From Felis catus (taxonomy: Eukaryota), in the NCBI RefSeq assembly GCF_018350175.1, contig NC_058383.1, positions 18,230,001 to 18,290,000 of the forward strand: a DNA stretch of 60,000 nt, given 5' to 3'. Of the stretch, positions 39,366-53,568 are shown one piece after another (position 1 is the first letter of the stretch; each line of letters begins with the position of its first letter). The position numbers were made by a program, and so were the translations under genes. The notes under the pieces are model-generated. The model was not told the origin of the DNA and ran no database searches. It saw only the letters and a program-made list of their open reading frames with translations.

Positions 39366-41800
39366 TTCATTCATCTGAAAGTATTCTAATTTCTCTTGTC
39401 ATTTCTTCTTTGAATCATTGGTTATTTGTGTGTGTTGTTTAATTTCCACACATTTGCAAATTTTCCAGTTTTCTTCTTGTTATTGATTTCTAGTTTTATT
39501 CCACTGTGGTTGGAGGATATACTTTATATGATCCTAATCTTTTACATTTGTTGAGATTCGTTTTGTGACCTAATATACAGTCTATCCTGGAGAATCTTAC
39601 ACGTGCACTTGAGGAGAATGTATTCTACTATTGTTGGGTAGAATGTCTCAATGTGTGTTAGATTTAATTGTTAAATTAAAACGCTGTTCAAATTCTCTAC
39701 GTCCTTATTGATCTTCAATTTGTTCTAGCCATTATTGAAAATATAGAGATTTCCAACTATTATTTAAACGCCGTTTCTTTCTCCGTTCCATTTTACCCAT
39801 TTTCGCTTCTCATATTTTGGGACTCTGTTGTTAGGTGTGTATAATCTTTGTAATTGTTGTATCTTCTTGATGAATTGACCCTTTCATCAATATGTAATGC
39901 CCTTTGTCTCTTGAAACAATTTTTCTACTTAAAGTTTTATGTCTGATATTAGCAGAGCCACCCTGCTCTCTTTTGATTACTATTTGCATGGAATATCTTT
40001 TTTTTACATTTATTTATTTATTTACTTTGAGAGACACAAAGAGAGTGAGAGTGGCGGGTGGCAGAGAGGGAGAATCTCAAGCAGACTCCACGTTGTCAGT
40101 GCAGAGCCTGACGTGGGGCTCAAAAGTGGGGCTTGTGAGATCAAGACCTGAGCCAAAATAAAAAGTTGGATGCTCAACGAACTGAGCCACCCAAGCACCC
40201 TTGGAATATCTTTTTCTATCTTTTTACTTTCAACCTCTTTGTGTCTTTGGATCTAATGTGAGTCTTTTGTAAATAACACATAGATGTTTTCCTTTTTTTA
40301 TTCATTCTGCCCATCTCTTCCTTTTAACTGTAGAGTTCAATTAATTTACATTTAAAGTGATTACTGATAGGGAAGGACTTACCTGTGCCACTTTGTTATT
40401 TGTGCACTGTATGTCATATCTTTTTGGTTTCTCAATTCCTTCATTCTTCTCCTAACTTCTTTTTAAGTTTATTTGATTTTTTTTTAATTTTTTTTTCAAC
40501 GTTTATTTATTTTTGGGATAGAGAGAGACAGAGCATGAACGGGGGAGCGGCAGAGAGAGAGGGAGACACAGAATCGGAAACAGGCTCCAGGCTCTGAGCC
40601 ATCAGCCCAGAGCCTGACGCGGGGCTCGAACTCCCGGACCGCGAGATCGTGACCTGGCTGAAGTCGGACACTTAACTGACTGCACCACCCAGGCGCCCCT
40701 GATTTTTTTTAAGTAATGTAACATTTTGGTTCCTTTCTTACTTCCTTTTCTATTTTTTTATGATTATTTTCTTAGTGGTTGCCTTCAGAATTACAATTAG
40801 CATCTTAAACTAAGAGCAACCTAGTGTGAATACCAATGTAGCTTCAATAATGTGCAAAAACTCTGCTCCTATACAGCTCTCCCCCTCCCTTTTATGTTGT
40901 TATTGTCACATTTTCTATCTTTATACATTGTGTTGATTAATGTAGATTTATAATTACTGCTTTATGCATTTGCCTTTTAAACCATATAGGAAAAAATGGG
41001 AGTTACAAAATAAAAAATTCAATAATACTGACTTTGATATTTATCTATGTAGTTACCTTTCCCAGTATTCTTCATTTCTTCAGATAGCTTCAAGTTACTG
41101 TTTCATGTCCTTTCATTGCAGCCTGAAGGATACTCTTTGGCACTGCTTGTAAGGCAAGTCTGCCAGTGGTGAACTCCCTCAGCTTTTGTTTACATGTGAG
41201 TCTTAATTTCACCTCCATTCTTGAAGAACAGTTTTGTGAGATATAGAATTCTTGTTTGACAATTGTTTTTCTTTTTGCACTTTAAGCATGTTATTCCACG
41301 GACCACCAAGTTTTCGGATGAGAAAATGGCTGTTAATCTTATTGAAGATCCCTCATACACTACAAGTGGCTTCTCTTTTGCTGCTTTCTAGATTTTCTCT
41401 TTAGCTTTTGCTTTTGACAGTTTGATTACAATGTGTTAGTGTTGATCTCTTTCAGTTTATTTTACTTGGAGTTCATCCTATGTGGAGTTCATCAAGCTTC
41501 TTGGATGTGTAGATTCATATTTTTTTTTTCTTTTTAATCAAATTTGGGCAGTTTTCAACCATTATTTCTTCAAATATTTTTTCTTCTCCCTTCTCTCTCT
41601 TCTCCTCTAAGACTCCTATTATTTTTATGTCGGTACAATGGATGGTGTCCCACAAGTTTCTCAGGCTCTTCTTATTTTCCTTCAGTCTGCTCCTCAGATT
41701 GGGATCATTTTATTTGACCTATCATCAAGTTCACTTACTCTTTCTTCTGTCTGCTCAAATCTGATGATGAACCCCTCTAGTAAATTTTTCTTTTTCATTT

Positions 41801-42321
41801 TATTAATCATTAAAAAATTGTTTTTTCTGTTTTTCCTGATGCTTTTATATATGGAGACTTGCTAACCTGAGAGAGACCACTCTTCCCAGGGCTAGTCAAT
41901 TCCTAGGAATAGTAAAGGATTCATCTGCAAGTGTGCTTTTCATATGCAAACCAAACAACCCAAAGCCCATATCCCCAACCACCTCCTTTACCAACCTCCT
42001 ACATTTCAGGCCATTATGCCCCTGCCCTAATCACCCCAGGGCTAGATACAACTAGAGACAGTTTCAACACTCCAGGGCCCACTGAAATTATCCAAACTAG
42101 CCAATCCTAAGCATGCTTACCCTGTCTTACCCATTCCATCCCATGGGTAAAACCACAATAAAGGCACTTGTCCTGGTACTTCTCCATGTTGACCTGTATA
42201 TTGTGCTGTACCTCCTGCTTCTAGATATCTCTGAGTGTAGAAACTTCTTCCTTCATGACTTTAATTTCAATATCTTATCATACCTGATAAAAACAAATTC
42301 TGTGTACATTTTAAAATATCA
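41801..42321 (+). mobile_element. Solo ERVL LTR, MER74/MER73-like, inserted in L1
   Basis: CCCAGGGCTAGTCAATTCCTAG..TTTCATATGCAAACC..CCCTGCCCTAATCACCCCAGGGC..AAACCACAATAAAGGC matches the remembered MER74 consensus. Confidence 0.7.
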
Positions 42322-44714
42322 TTGTACTTAAAAAAAATTGGGGCACCTGGGTGGCTCAGTTGGTTAAGCATCTGACTCTTGGTTTCAGCTCAGGTCATGA
42401 TCTTGTGATTTTGTGGCTTGGAGCCCCTCATCGGGCTCTGTGCAGAGCCTGCTTGGGCTTCCTCTCTCCCTCTCTCTTTGCCCCTCCCCCACTCTCTCTG
42501 TCTCCATCTCTCTTGAAATAAATAAACTTAAAAAAATTTTAAGAATTATTGTACTTTTCAGTTACTAAATTTCTATTTGGTTCTTTTTTATAATTTCTAT
42601 CTCTTTATTGATACTCTCTATTGTTGAGATATCATTCTGGTTTCCTTTAGTTCTTTGTCCATGGTTTTCTTTAGCTTATTGAATGCATTATAGACAGTTG
42701 ATTTAAAGTCTTTGTTTAATAAATCCAAAGTCTGTGCTTCCTCAGGGACAGTTTCTATTACTTTCTTTTTCCTGTGAGTGGGCCATATTTTACTGTGGGC
42801 TTTTTTTTTTTTTGCATGCTTTGTAATTTTTTCTGAAAACTGAACATTTTGAAAATATGATGTGGAGACAGGAGAGAGGGAAGGAAGAGGAAAAGGAGAG
42901 GAGGGGAAGAAGAGAGGAGAGCAAAATAAAATTAAAAATACTTTCCAGGTCTTTGGAGATTGTCTCTGTGTTAGAGCACTCCTTCAGCAACTCCTTAGCC
43001 AGGCCACTCACAACTCTGCCTCAGGCTTCACTTACTGCTTGTGCAGAACCTAAAGACCAGCCAGAAGTGAAACTTATGGTCTTCTCAGGTTATTTTCTGA
43101 GCCCTGGAGGTGGGAGCTTTTCAAAGCCCTATATTCCAAAGAGTCTCACTTCCTGTTTTTTGTTTTTTTTTCTCTCCCTGGCTTTTGGTATACCTATAGT
43201 TTGCCTCTCCAATTATCTTCCCCCCTAGTTGGCACTGGCTTGTTAATTTAGCCTTTACTGTGTTCTGGGAAGGTCCTCCTACACTATAGCCACTTCTCTG
43301 TCCTGAGAGTGTTCTGAATTAGACAAAACAAGTTCATCAGTCCTTCAGGGAACCCATAGGCAGGTCAAAACACAAATATAATTCCTTAGGAATGAGATCT
43401 ATTCTCTTCCCTTTGGGATCAGGTACCCACACCAGAAACACAATCTTCAAGACTGTCACTATGCAGGACATTTAACATTAATGTTAAAGCACCACAAAGT
43501 TCTCCTACCTGGTTTCTGTGACCTTTCTTTTGGTTAAGCATTCACATAGTTGCTGTAAACCTTTGCTATCATCCAGACTTCTGATATGTTCATTCTGACA
43601 ATTTTTGCTAGTTCTGGGGAGAACGGGCTGCTAGAGGTCTCTACCCTGCCCTTCTCACTGATGTTGTTCCATATGCTCAGTTTAAATGTACTAAGTGAGG
43701 TGCCTGTATGACACCAAGTATAGACAATGTTATGAACTCTTGAAGCCAGATATCTGTCCACACCATTAGATACCCAGAACTTAGAAGTTCATTGCACAAG
43801 GGGACACTCAACAAATGTTTGTTGAATGAATGGGGATTTTAAGAAGACATTTGAAAATATGAACCTTAAACTTACTTGGCTTCTGAATGACCTAAAGATA
43901 GGGATTTTTGAATCATCAATGTATAGATGGTGATTGAAGCCATTGATGAAACAGAAGCTGTTTTCAAATTACATCAGTATTAAATAAATTCTTTTTTAGG
44001 ACAAAACAAAATTACTACTGTCACCTGCCCCCCTAAATTTAATGACTGGTCCTGTGCCCTGTACTATCTATTTTTACTATATGTGTATATAACATATATA
44101 CACATATATATATTTTTTTACATAAAATGTATGTACATATATAATTTTATATAAAACTATAACTTATATTGAAGCACCTGGGTAGCTCAGTTGGTTAAGC
44201 ATCTGACTCTTGATCTTGGCTGAGGTCATGACCTTACAGTTTTTGAGTTCAATCCCCATTGTCAGTGAGGAGCCTTCTTGGGATTCTGTCTCTACCTCTC
44301 TCTGCCCCTCCCCTGCTCTCTCTCACTCCCTCTAAAAATAAACTTTAAAAAAAGTATATCTTATATATACACAGATATTTGGCAATAGCTTTTTAAATAT
44401 TTATCTTGGAAAGATATCCACAAAGTTTATATGATATATTCAAGATATTATTCTAGACATAATATACTACAGATGTTAAAAACACAGATCTAGATTTAGA
44501 CTGCTTCAGTTCAAATATTTGCCCCAACACTTATTAAATGTGTAACTTTTATAAACTACTCTTACTTTCTTCATCTATAAAGTGGAGTGTTCATAATAAA
44601 TAGTTTATTTCTTGTGTAGTTTTTATTTGAGATTTAAATGAAACAATCCCATAAAAAGACCATTGCACCATGTTTGGTACATGGTAAACTTTCAGTAAAA
44701 GTTGACCATTTGGA

Positions 44715-47700
44715 ATGAACAATCTGAAAAGCAAGTCAAGAAAACAATGCCATTTACAATAGTATCAAAAAGAATAAAACAATTAGGAATAAGTTTAACC
44801 AATGAAGCACAAAACTTTGACACTGAAAACCACAAAATATTGGTGAAAGGAGACCTAAATAAATAGAGAGGCATCCTTGGATTGGAAGGTCTTGGATTGG
44901 AAGACCTAACATAGTTAAGATGACAATGCTAATCAAAGAGATCTCTAGATTCAATGCAATCTCTATCAAATCCCAATAGCATTTTTTTTTCCAGAAGTGG
45001 AAAGGTCAACCCTCAAATTTATTTGGAATTACAAGAGACCCCAAATAGCCAAAACAATCTTGAAAAAGAACAAAGTTAGAAGACTCATACTCCCTGATTT
45101 TAGAACTTCTTATAAAGCTACAGTAATCAAGACAGTGTGGTGTTGGCATAAGGACGGACATATAGATGAATAGAATAAAATTGAGAACTCAGAAATAAAC
45201 CTTCACATCTATAGTCAGTTGACTTTTCACACCATCAAATTATTTTTGCATGTTTTATACAATAAATAATGTATTAGTAGAGCAATATCGTAAAAACTTT
45301 ATAAGTAAACAAATACATATGTATTAAAGGTATAGGCTCAAAAGTTCTTCCTAATAGAAGTGTACAATCAAAAAAGATTTAGACAATGGTGTTGTTGACA
45401 GGGTGGTTTTCATAAAAGGAATTCAGGGTTGCTTTGTTTTTATATTGTTAATGAATAGAGATAAATATTTGTATGTAAATTAAATGAAGCCAGTGAGAAG
45501 GTAGATGACAAAAAACTTACTTGTAGTAAAAAAAAAAAAAAAAAAAGGTTGTGAAAAACGATTAGATCCGTATTTTGCAAGTCTTGAAAATTGGCTAGTG
45601 GCCATGCCTCTGTATGGTTAACTGATTTAAAAAAAAAATTTTTTTTTAATGTCTATTCACTTTCTGAGAGAGAGAGAGAGAGGGACAGAGTGCAAGCAAG
45701 GGAGGGGCAGAAAGAAAGGGAGACACAGAATCCAAAGCAAGCTCCAGGCTCTGAGCTAGCAGCACAGAGCCCAATGCTAGGCTTGAACCCACGAACTGTG
45801 AGATCATGACCTGAGCCAAAGTTGGAAGCTTAATTGACTGAGTCACCCAGGTGCCCCTGGTTAACTGACTTTTTTTTTTTTTTTTTACAAGAGTGCTAAG
45901 ATCATTCAACGGGGAAAATAAGAGTCTCTTTAAGAAATGGTGCCATAAATGCAGCCACTCTGGAAAACAGTGTGGAGGTTCCTCAAAAAATTAAAAATAG
46001 ACCTACCCTATGACCCAGCAATAGCACTGCTAGGAACTGACCCAAGGGATACAGGAGTACTGATGCATAGGGGCACTTGTACCCCAATGTTTATAGCAGC
46101 ACTCTCAACAATAGCCAAATTATGGAAAGAGCCTAAATGTCCATCAACTGATGAATGGATAAAAAAAACTGTGGTTTATATACACAATGGAGTACTACGT
46201 GGCAATGAGAAAGAATGAAATATGGCCCTTTGTAGCAACATGGATGGAACTGGAAAGTGTTATGCTAAGCGAAACAAGCCATACAGAGAAAGACAGATAC
46301 CATATGGTTTCACTCTTATGTGGATCCTGAGAAACTTAACAGAAACCCATGGGGGAGGGGAAGAAAAAAAAAAAAAAAGAGGTTAGAGTGGAAGAGAGCC
46401 AAAGCATAAGAGACTCTTAAAAACTGAGAACAAACTGAGGGTTGATGGGGGGTGGGAGGGAGGGGAGGGTGGGTGATGGCTATTGAGGAGGGCACCTTTT
46501 GAGATGAGCACTGGGTGTTGTATGGAAACCAATTTGACAATAAACTTCATATATTGAAAAAAAAAAAAGAAATGGTGCCATAAACACTGGATATCCACAT
46601 GGTGAAAAATGAAGCTGGACCCTTATGCCAAATACACAAATTAATTAAAAGTAGATAATAGACCTAAATGTAAAAACGAAAACTACCAAACTCTTAGAAG
46701 AAAATATAGGGACAAATCTTCACGACCTTGGCAATGATTTCCTAAACATCACATCAAAGCACAGGCAACAAAAGAAAAAAAGTAGAAAAATTGGACTTAA
46801 TTAGAATGAAAAACTTGTATATCAAAGGGCACCATCAAGAGAGTGAAAAGACAAAACACAGACCGGGAGAAAATATTTGCAAATCACGTATCTGTTAAGA
46901 GATTCATTTCCAGAACATATACAGAACCCTACAACTCAAATGACAAAACCGCAAACAACCTAATTCCAAAACGGAATTTGATTTGATTTATTTCAGAGAA
47001 CATGTACAATGATAAATACGCACATGGAAAATGCTCAACACCATTGGTTGTTAGGGAAACGCAAATAAAAACCACAACAAGACACTATTTCCAACACACT
47101 AGGATGGCTATTATCAAAAAGATAATAACAAGTGTCGGTGAGAATGTGGCAATAGTGGAACACTTACACATTGCCGGTGGAGATGTAGTATGGTGTAGCC
47201 ATGGCGGAAAACAGTCTGGCAGTTTCTCAGAGTTAAACACAGGATTACCGGGGCGCCTGGGTGACTCAGTCGGTTGAGCGTCTGACTTTGGCTCAGGTCA
47301 TGATCTCACAGCTCGTGAGCTCGAGCCCCGCGTCGGGCTCTGTGCTGACAGCTCAGAGCCTGGAGCCTGCTTCTGCTTCCCAACGTCTCTGCCCCTAACC
47401 CACTCACATTCTGTCTCTGTCTCTGTCAAAAATAAATAAACATTAAAAAAAAATTTAAAAACAAAACAAAACACAGGATTACCTTATGATCAAGCAATTC
47501 CATTACCAGGCATATAAAGATTTGAAAACAAGGACTCAAACGGTTACTTGTACACCAATGTTTGTAGCAGAATTATTTACAATAGCCAAAATGTGCAAAC
47601 AGTCTAAGTGTCCATCTATAAATGAATGAATAAACAATATGTGATGTGTATGTATGATGGAATATTATTCAGCCTTAAAAAGGAAAGAAATTCTTGGGGT

Positions 47701-48340
47701 ACCTGGCTGGCTCAGTTGGTACAGCATGCAACTCTCAATCTCAGGGTCATGAGTTTAAGCCCCATGTTGGGAATGAACTCTATTAAAAAAAAAAAAGTAA
47801 CGAAATTCTGACACATGCTATAACATGGATGAACCTTGAAGACATTATGCTAATTAAAATTAGCCAGACACAAAATGACAAATATCATATGATTCCACTT
47901 ATATGAAATGTCTAGAATAGACAAACTTGTAAAAATAGGAAGTAGAAAAGCGGTTTTGGGGATCTGGGTCAAGAGGGAAGTGGGGATCTATTGCTTAATG
48001 GTTACAGAATTTTTGTTTAGGGTGATGAAAAGTTTTAGAAATAAACAGTGGTGATGGTTGTACAACATTGTGAATGAACTGTATACTTTAAAATGATTAA
48101 AATGGCTAATTTTATGGGCACCTGGATAGCTCAGTCAGTTGAGCATCCACTTCAGCTCAGGTCATGATCTCATGGTTCGTGAGTTCGAGCCCCACACGCT
48201 GCTTGTTAGCCTGTCTGCACAGATCTTCTGTGCCCCTCTCTCTGTCCTTCCCCCCCTTGTGCTTGCCCTAAAATAAACATTGAAAAAAAATAAAAATTAA
48301 AAAAATAAACTGGGAAATTTTATTATATGTAATTTATTAC
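44715..48340 (+). mobile_element. Old L1 ORF2/3' UTR fragments with nested SINECs (~45636-45857-, ~47249-47473+, ~47696-47797+, ~48116-48310+) and a young L1
   Basis: L1 ORF2 motifs (GGATTGGAAGAC, AAATAGCCAAAACAATCTTGAAAAAG, AATATTTGCAAATC). Confidence 0.85.
45950..46566 (+). mobile_element. Young 5'-truncated felid L1 (L1_Fc-like)
   Basis: ORF2 C-terminus [29 protein letters not shown]-rich 3' UTR, AATAAA, A tail, perfect 18-bp TSD AAGAAATGGTGCCATAAA (45932-45949, 46567-46584). Confidence 0.93.
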
Positions 48341-48819
48341 ACTAAAACAAACAAACAAACAACAACAATAACAAAAACAACCCTAAGCAAAAAAAATCAG
48401 GAAAACTAAGCAAAAAAATCAGGCAGGTCCTCATTTAAAGATTTTGCAATCTAAAAAAAACAAAACCAAACCAAAAAAACTTACAATCTAGTAAGATAAT
48501 TTGGACATTTAAGGAAAAAACATTAAGTATTTGATGATAGCGTGAGAATAGTGGTTTCCTTAGACAGAGGAGATGGGGAATAACTGGAAAGGGGAATGAG
48601 AGAAGTTCCTGGAGTGATGGGAAATGTTTTATGTTTTGATTGGGGTGTTTACATGGGCATTACATTTGCCAAAACTTATGAAATTTTATACTTAAGATTT
48701 GTGCACTTCATGTAAATTTCACCTGGGGGGGGCACTATTAGCTGCTACTAATCATTTGACATTAATATATACAGTTTCTCCTATTTCTCACTTGCATGAA
48801 GTCCTTTAACATATATAGG

Positions 48820-50560
48820 CTTTAAACTTTTTTTTGTACCTCTTAATCCCCTTAATCTATTTTGCCCCCATCTCCCCACCCACTTCCCATGTGGCAACTC
48901 CCAGTTTCTTCTCTGTATTTAAGACTGGTTTTTGAGGGGTTTTTTAAATTTCACATTTAGGTGAAATCATATGATATTTCTCTTTCTCTGATTTATTTCA
49001 CTTGGCATAATGCCCTTAGGCCCATCCATGTTGTCGCAAATGACAATATCTCATTCTTTTTTTTTAATTCATTGTTTAAAATTTGTTTTAATGTTTATTT
49101 TTGAGAGAGACAGAGCATGAGTGGGGGAGGGGCAGAGAGAGAGAGAGAGACAGACAGACAGAGACAGAGACAGAGAGAGGCAGAGACAGAGACAGAATAT
49201 GAAGCAGACTCCCGGCTCTGAGCTGCCAGCACAGAGCCTGATGTGGGGCCTGAACCCACAGACCACAAGATCATGACCTGAGTTGAAATCGGTCGCTTAA
49301 CCGACTGAGCCACCCAGGCGCCCCTTTTTAAATTCATTTTTGAGAGAGACAGAGACAGCGTGAGTTGGGGAGAGGCAGAGAGAGGGAGAGAGAGAGAATC
49401 TCAAGCAGGCTCTGCACTGTCAGTGCAGAGCCCAAGGTGGGGCTCCAACTCATGAAACCATGAAATCATGAGCCAAAACCAAGAGTTGGATGCTTAACCG
49501 ACTGAGCCACCCAGGCGCCCCAAGATCTCATTCTTTTTTAAGGCTAATATTTCACTGTGTTTATATACCACATCTTCTTTATCCATTCAGCTATTGATGG
49601 ACACTTGCTTCTGTATCATGGCTGCTATTGTAAATAATGCTGCAATAAACATAGGGGTACATGTATCTTTTCAAATTAGCATTTTCATTTCCTTTGGGTA
49701 AATACCCAGTAGTAGAATTACTGGATTGTGTAGTATTTCTGTTTTTAATTTTTTGAGGAGCCTTCATACCGTTTTCCACATGGCTGCACCAATTTACATT
49801 CCAACCAGCTGTGTACGAGGGTTCCCTCTTCTCCACATCCTTTGGATCTTCTCCACGTCTAACATTTGTTATTTATTGTCTTTAAGATACTAGCCTTTCT
49901 GACAGGTGTGGAGTGATATCTCCTTGTGGTTTTGACTTGCATTTCCCTGATGATTAGTGATGTTGAGCATCTTTTCTTGTGTCTGTTGGCCATCTGATGT
50001 CTTCTTTGGAAAAATGTCTATTCAAGTCCTCTGCTCATTTTTATTTTTATTTTTTATTTTTTTTTTCAACATTTATTTATTTTTGGGACAGAGAGAGACA
50101 GAGCATGAACGGGGGAGGGGCAGAGAGAGAGGGAGACACGGAATCGGAGACAGGCTCCAGGCTCTGAGCCATCAGCCCAGAGCCTGACGCGGGGCTCGAA
50201 CTCACGGACCGCGAGATCGTGACCTGGCTGAAGTCGGACGCTTAACCGACTGCGCCACCCAGGCGCCCCATCTGCTCATTTTTAAATTGAAATTTTTTTG
50301 GTGTTGAGTTGTGTAAGGTCTTTATATATTTTGCATATTAACCCCTCATCAGACATATCATTTGCAAATATTTTTTCCCATTCACTAGGTACCCTTTTTG
50401 TTCCGTTAATGGTTTCCTTTTGCTGTGCAAAAGCTTTTTATTTTGGTGTAGTCCCAATAGTTTTTTTTTGTTTTTGTTTCCCTTGCCTGTGGAGACATAT
50501 CCATAAATATGTTGCTAAGGCCAATATGTTGCTATGTCCAAGAGATTACTGCAGAGGCTT
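48820..50560 (-). mobile_element. Carnivore L1 3' fragment with tandem SINECs (~49085-49521) and a young SINEC_Fc (~50039-50269)
   Basis: L1 3' UTR/ORF2 end; young SINE flanked by TCTGCTCATTTTTA duplication. Confidence 0.88.
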
Positions 50561-50588
50561 TTAATTTTAAATAGTTAAATTGATTCAT

Positions 50589-50830
50589 GGGGTGCCTGGG
50601 TGGCTCAGTCCATTGAGCATCCAACTCTTGATTTTGGTTCAGGTCATGATCCCAGGGTCATGGGATTGAGCCCCTCATCAGGTTCTGTGCTGAGCATGGA
50701 GATTAGGATTCTTTCTATCTCTCTCCCTCTGCTGCTCTCCCCCCACTCCCACCAGCCCTCTCTCTCTCTCAAAAAATAAATAAATAAATAAATAAGAAAA
50801 GAAAAAAGGAAAAAAAAACTAAAAAAAATA
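50589..50830 (+). mobile_element. SINEC
   Basis: GGGGTGCCTGGGTGGCTCAGTC head, CT tract, A tail. Confidence 0.88.
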
Positions 50831-52640
50831 GCTAAGTTGATCCATTTTTCCATTTATAGTTTCTGGTATTTGCCTTACTTTAGAAAGTATCTCATTCCAG
50901 GTTTGCAAATATTCTTTTTTCCAATAGGTGTATCATGCATACGTGTGTGTGTGCTTGTATGTATGTATTACATGTAGCTGTTGACCAGCTGAACACCATG
51001 GGCAAGCTTCCTAACATTGCTAAGCCTTGGCTTTCTCATCGTAAAGTAGGGATAATGCTGATTTGCTTTTGCTATTGATAAGTTTGAACTAGATAACTTT
51101 TGAAGGCCATTAAATGCTTGACCCACTTAGAAGTTATTCAGAAAAGGGTAGCTATTGTTATTTTATATTATGGTATTATCTATTATGGTATTTAACATTT
51201 TAGCATAATTCTTTGTGTATCTGTCTCTTTTAGTAAGGATTTTCATTGGTAGGAAATGTGGCTTCCTCAGTGCCTAACCAAGTACCTGGCATTTAACAGG
51301 TGTTCAAATGTTTGTTGAATGAATGAATGAGTTGATTGAATAGGTGAATAACACAAGATAAAATCAAGAAGTAAAAGAGAAAGAAGGGCTAATTTTATCA
51401 AGCAGTCCTGATATGAAACTAAACACTAAACTGAAGTCAAACTAGGGTAGAAGGAAACTTATTAAATTTGTAGGGTCTCCTGTCCAAGGATAGGCTCCAA
51501 GAGAACTGAGTTTCTGCTGATTGAAACTGCAAATGTTCAGGTAAAAGCGCATTTTTCGAGGGAGAACTTCCATTGGCGGATTTTACTTTCTAGGAAGTCA
51601 GGGATCCACCATTGTATTCCCCACCTGGAGAATAGTGCCTGGCTGCTCAGAGATGTTTACTGAATGAATATCTGACTGAATGAAAGGTTGCATCAGATTT
51701 TCAAAGCGGCCTGTGACTCCATAAAGTTTTAGAGCTCAATAATATAGAAGGAAAAAAATCAAACAGATCCCTAAGAGCTTTTACCTGGGCCAGACCTCAG
51801 AGAGGAATCTATCATTATGGAGTGATGGAGGAACCCCTCCCTCGATTCCTTTCAAAGGTGGTTCCCTTCTCAACTGGCTTTCTGATTCTCACATTTGTAG
51901 ATTCTTACATTTGTATTCAGGCTTGAATCATAAGCCAACTTCTGCCTCCCACTATCTGTGTGACCCTCGTTAAATTATTGAAGCTGTCTAGGACCAGTTT
52001 TCCCCAGTAACACTCACCTTAAGGGCCTGATGAGTGGATTACCAAACCAGAATTTAGCTATAATGCTGACGGATTACAGTGCATAACCAATTGTGTGTCT
52101 TCTTGGGCTACCCCCGCCCCAACTTTTTTTTTTTTTTTCTGTGTAAGACATTTGTTTCCATCCATTTGCCCTGATTCTCAGGCCTTGAGGCAGTTCAATG
52201 CTTTAACCAGTTTGCCTCTACTGGTCCGTAGAATTGGTTGATTGGACTACATAAGTAAATATTAATTATGGTCATTTACAAGAACTGCTGTCCAAACATG
52301 CCCTACTGCTCTGCAGTACAAGAATAATAAAGGGAAATTCACATTTGTTGACTTCCTATTGTGTACCACCCTGGGCACTTTCATGCCTTATCTTATAACC
52401 CTGCAAATTAGACTTGTCATTAAGTAGAAACATTGACAAAGTTTTTGCTATATGGATACTAATTTTGTGCCTGGACCCCAGTAGACACTAAAATATAATT
52501 GTTGACTAAATAAACTTTCTTTTATCTTTTAACCTAAATTTCACAACCATTCAGCATGGGCAGATGTGCTCCCAACCTTAAAATGAAACCAAAAATTGGT
52601 GAGTTCTCAGTGAAATTGGCCTGTAAGAAGCTGTTTTCAA

Positions 52641-52856
52641 GGGGTGCCTGTGTGGTTCAGTGGGTTAAGCATCTGACTCTGGCTCACAATCTCACAGTTC
52701 ATGAGTTTGAGCCCCACATCAGGCTCTGAGCTGACAGCTCAGAGCCTGGAGCCTGCTTCAGATTCTGGGTCTCCCTCCCTCTCTGCCCCTCCTCTGCTTG
52801 TATTCTCTCTCTCAAAAATAAGTAATAAGTAAACATTAAAATATTTTTTAAAAAAC
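52641..52856 (+). mobile_element. SINEC
   Basis: TSD AAGAAGCTGTTTTCAA. Confidence 0.9.
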
Positions 52857-53464
52857 CCAAGAAGCTGTTTTCAATACATTAGTCAATAAATATTTATTGA
52901 GTAAATACTGTACTCAAACTATGAAAACTGGGGCTTGTGAGAGCATACAATTCCAAGAACTGTGGTAGAGGCTGGGGAGACAAAACTGAGACTAGGGAAA
53001 GGTGACCTCACTGGCTCCAACGGGGCTGGGTGTGGCTGAGAGTCAGATGGGCAGAGACTTTTACAGGTTTTCAGGAGAGATCCCTTGGCAGGATCTAGCA
53101 AGGAGGATTTGGTGAGAAAGGACTAGATTCGGTGTTGGGACACTTGGGCTCTAGTTCTGGCTGAGGTTTAACTGGTTGGGAGACTTGGGGCAAGTCCCTT
53201 AACCTCTCCAGATATCAGTTTAGCACCCGGAAAATAAAGTGGAAGTGGGGGTGGTTATTGTGGAACTTGCTCAGTTATTGAGTGCCTTCCGATTCTTAGA
53301 TTTTAAAATTCTCTGTCGGCCACACTTCTTTTTCCTTTGAGAAGAAAATACTTCCTATGCTTGGAATTTCAATTAAGTTGATCAATGGATTTGTCACTCA
53401 CTATACTCTAGGAGACTGTGCCATAAATTCACTCACACACACACACACACCCCAAGGGTTTGTT

Positions 53465-53536
53465 TTTTTTTTAATTATGTTTGTGGCAAAATATACATAA
53501 CATACATATTTACCATCTTAACCTTTTTTTTTTTTT

Positions 53537-53568
<32 letters not shown>

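Larger units (their letters stand above)
34830..43640 (-). mobile_element. Long composite old L1 tract (3' UTR, ORF2, ORF1-like region) with nested SINECs (~36230-36463, ~37580-37768, ~38700-38815, ~39997-40200, ~40477-40699, ~42340-42536), a carnivore L1 3' end (~37775-38140) and an LTR
   Basis: Continuous T-rich antisense L1 motifs; AEKAVLRGKFI (ORF2) on minus near 39150; no intact ORF. Confidence 0.85.

Noticed and set aside
39098..39442. CRISPR-like or coding interpretation of the periodic repeat
   Set aside because: Mammalian context, no unique spacers; a simple AT-rich tandem repeat.
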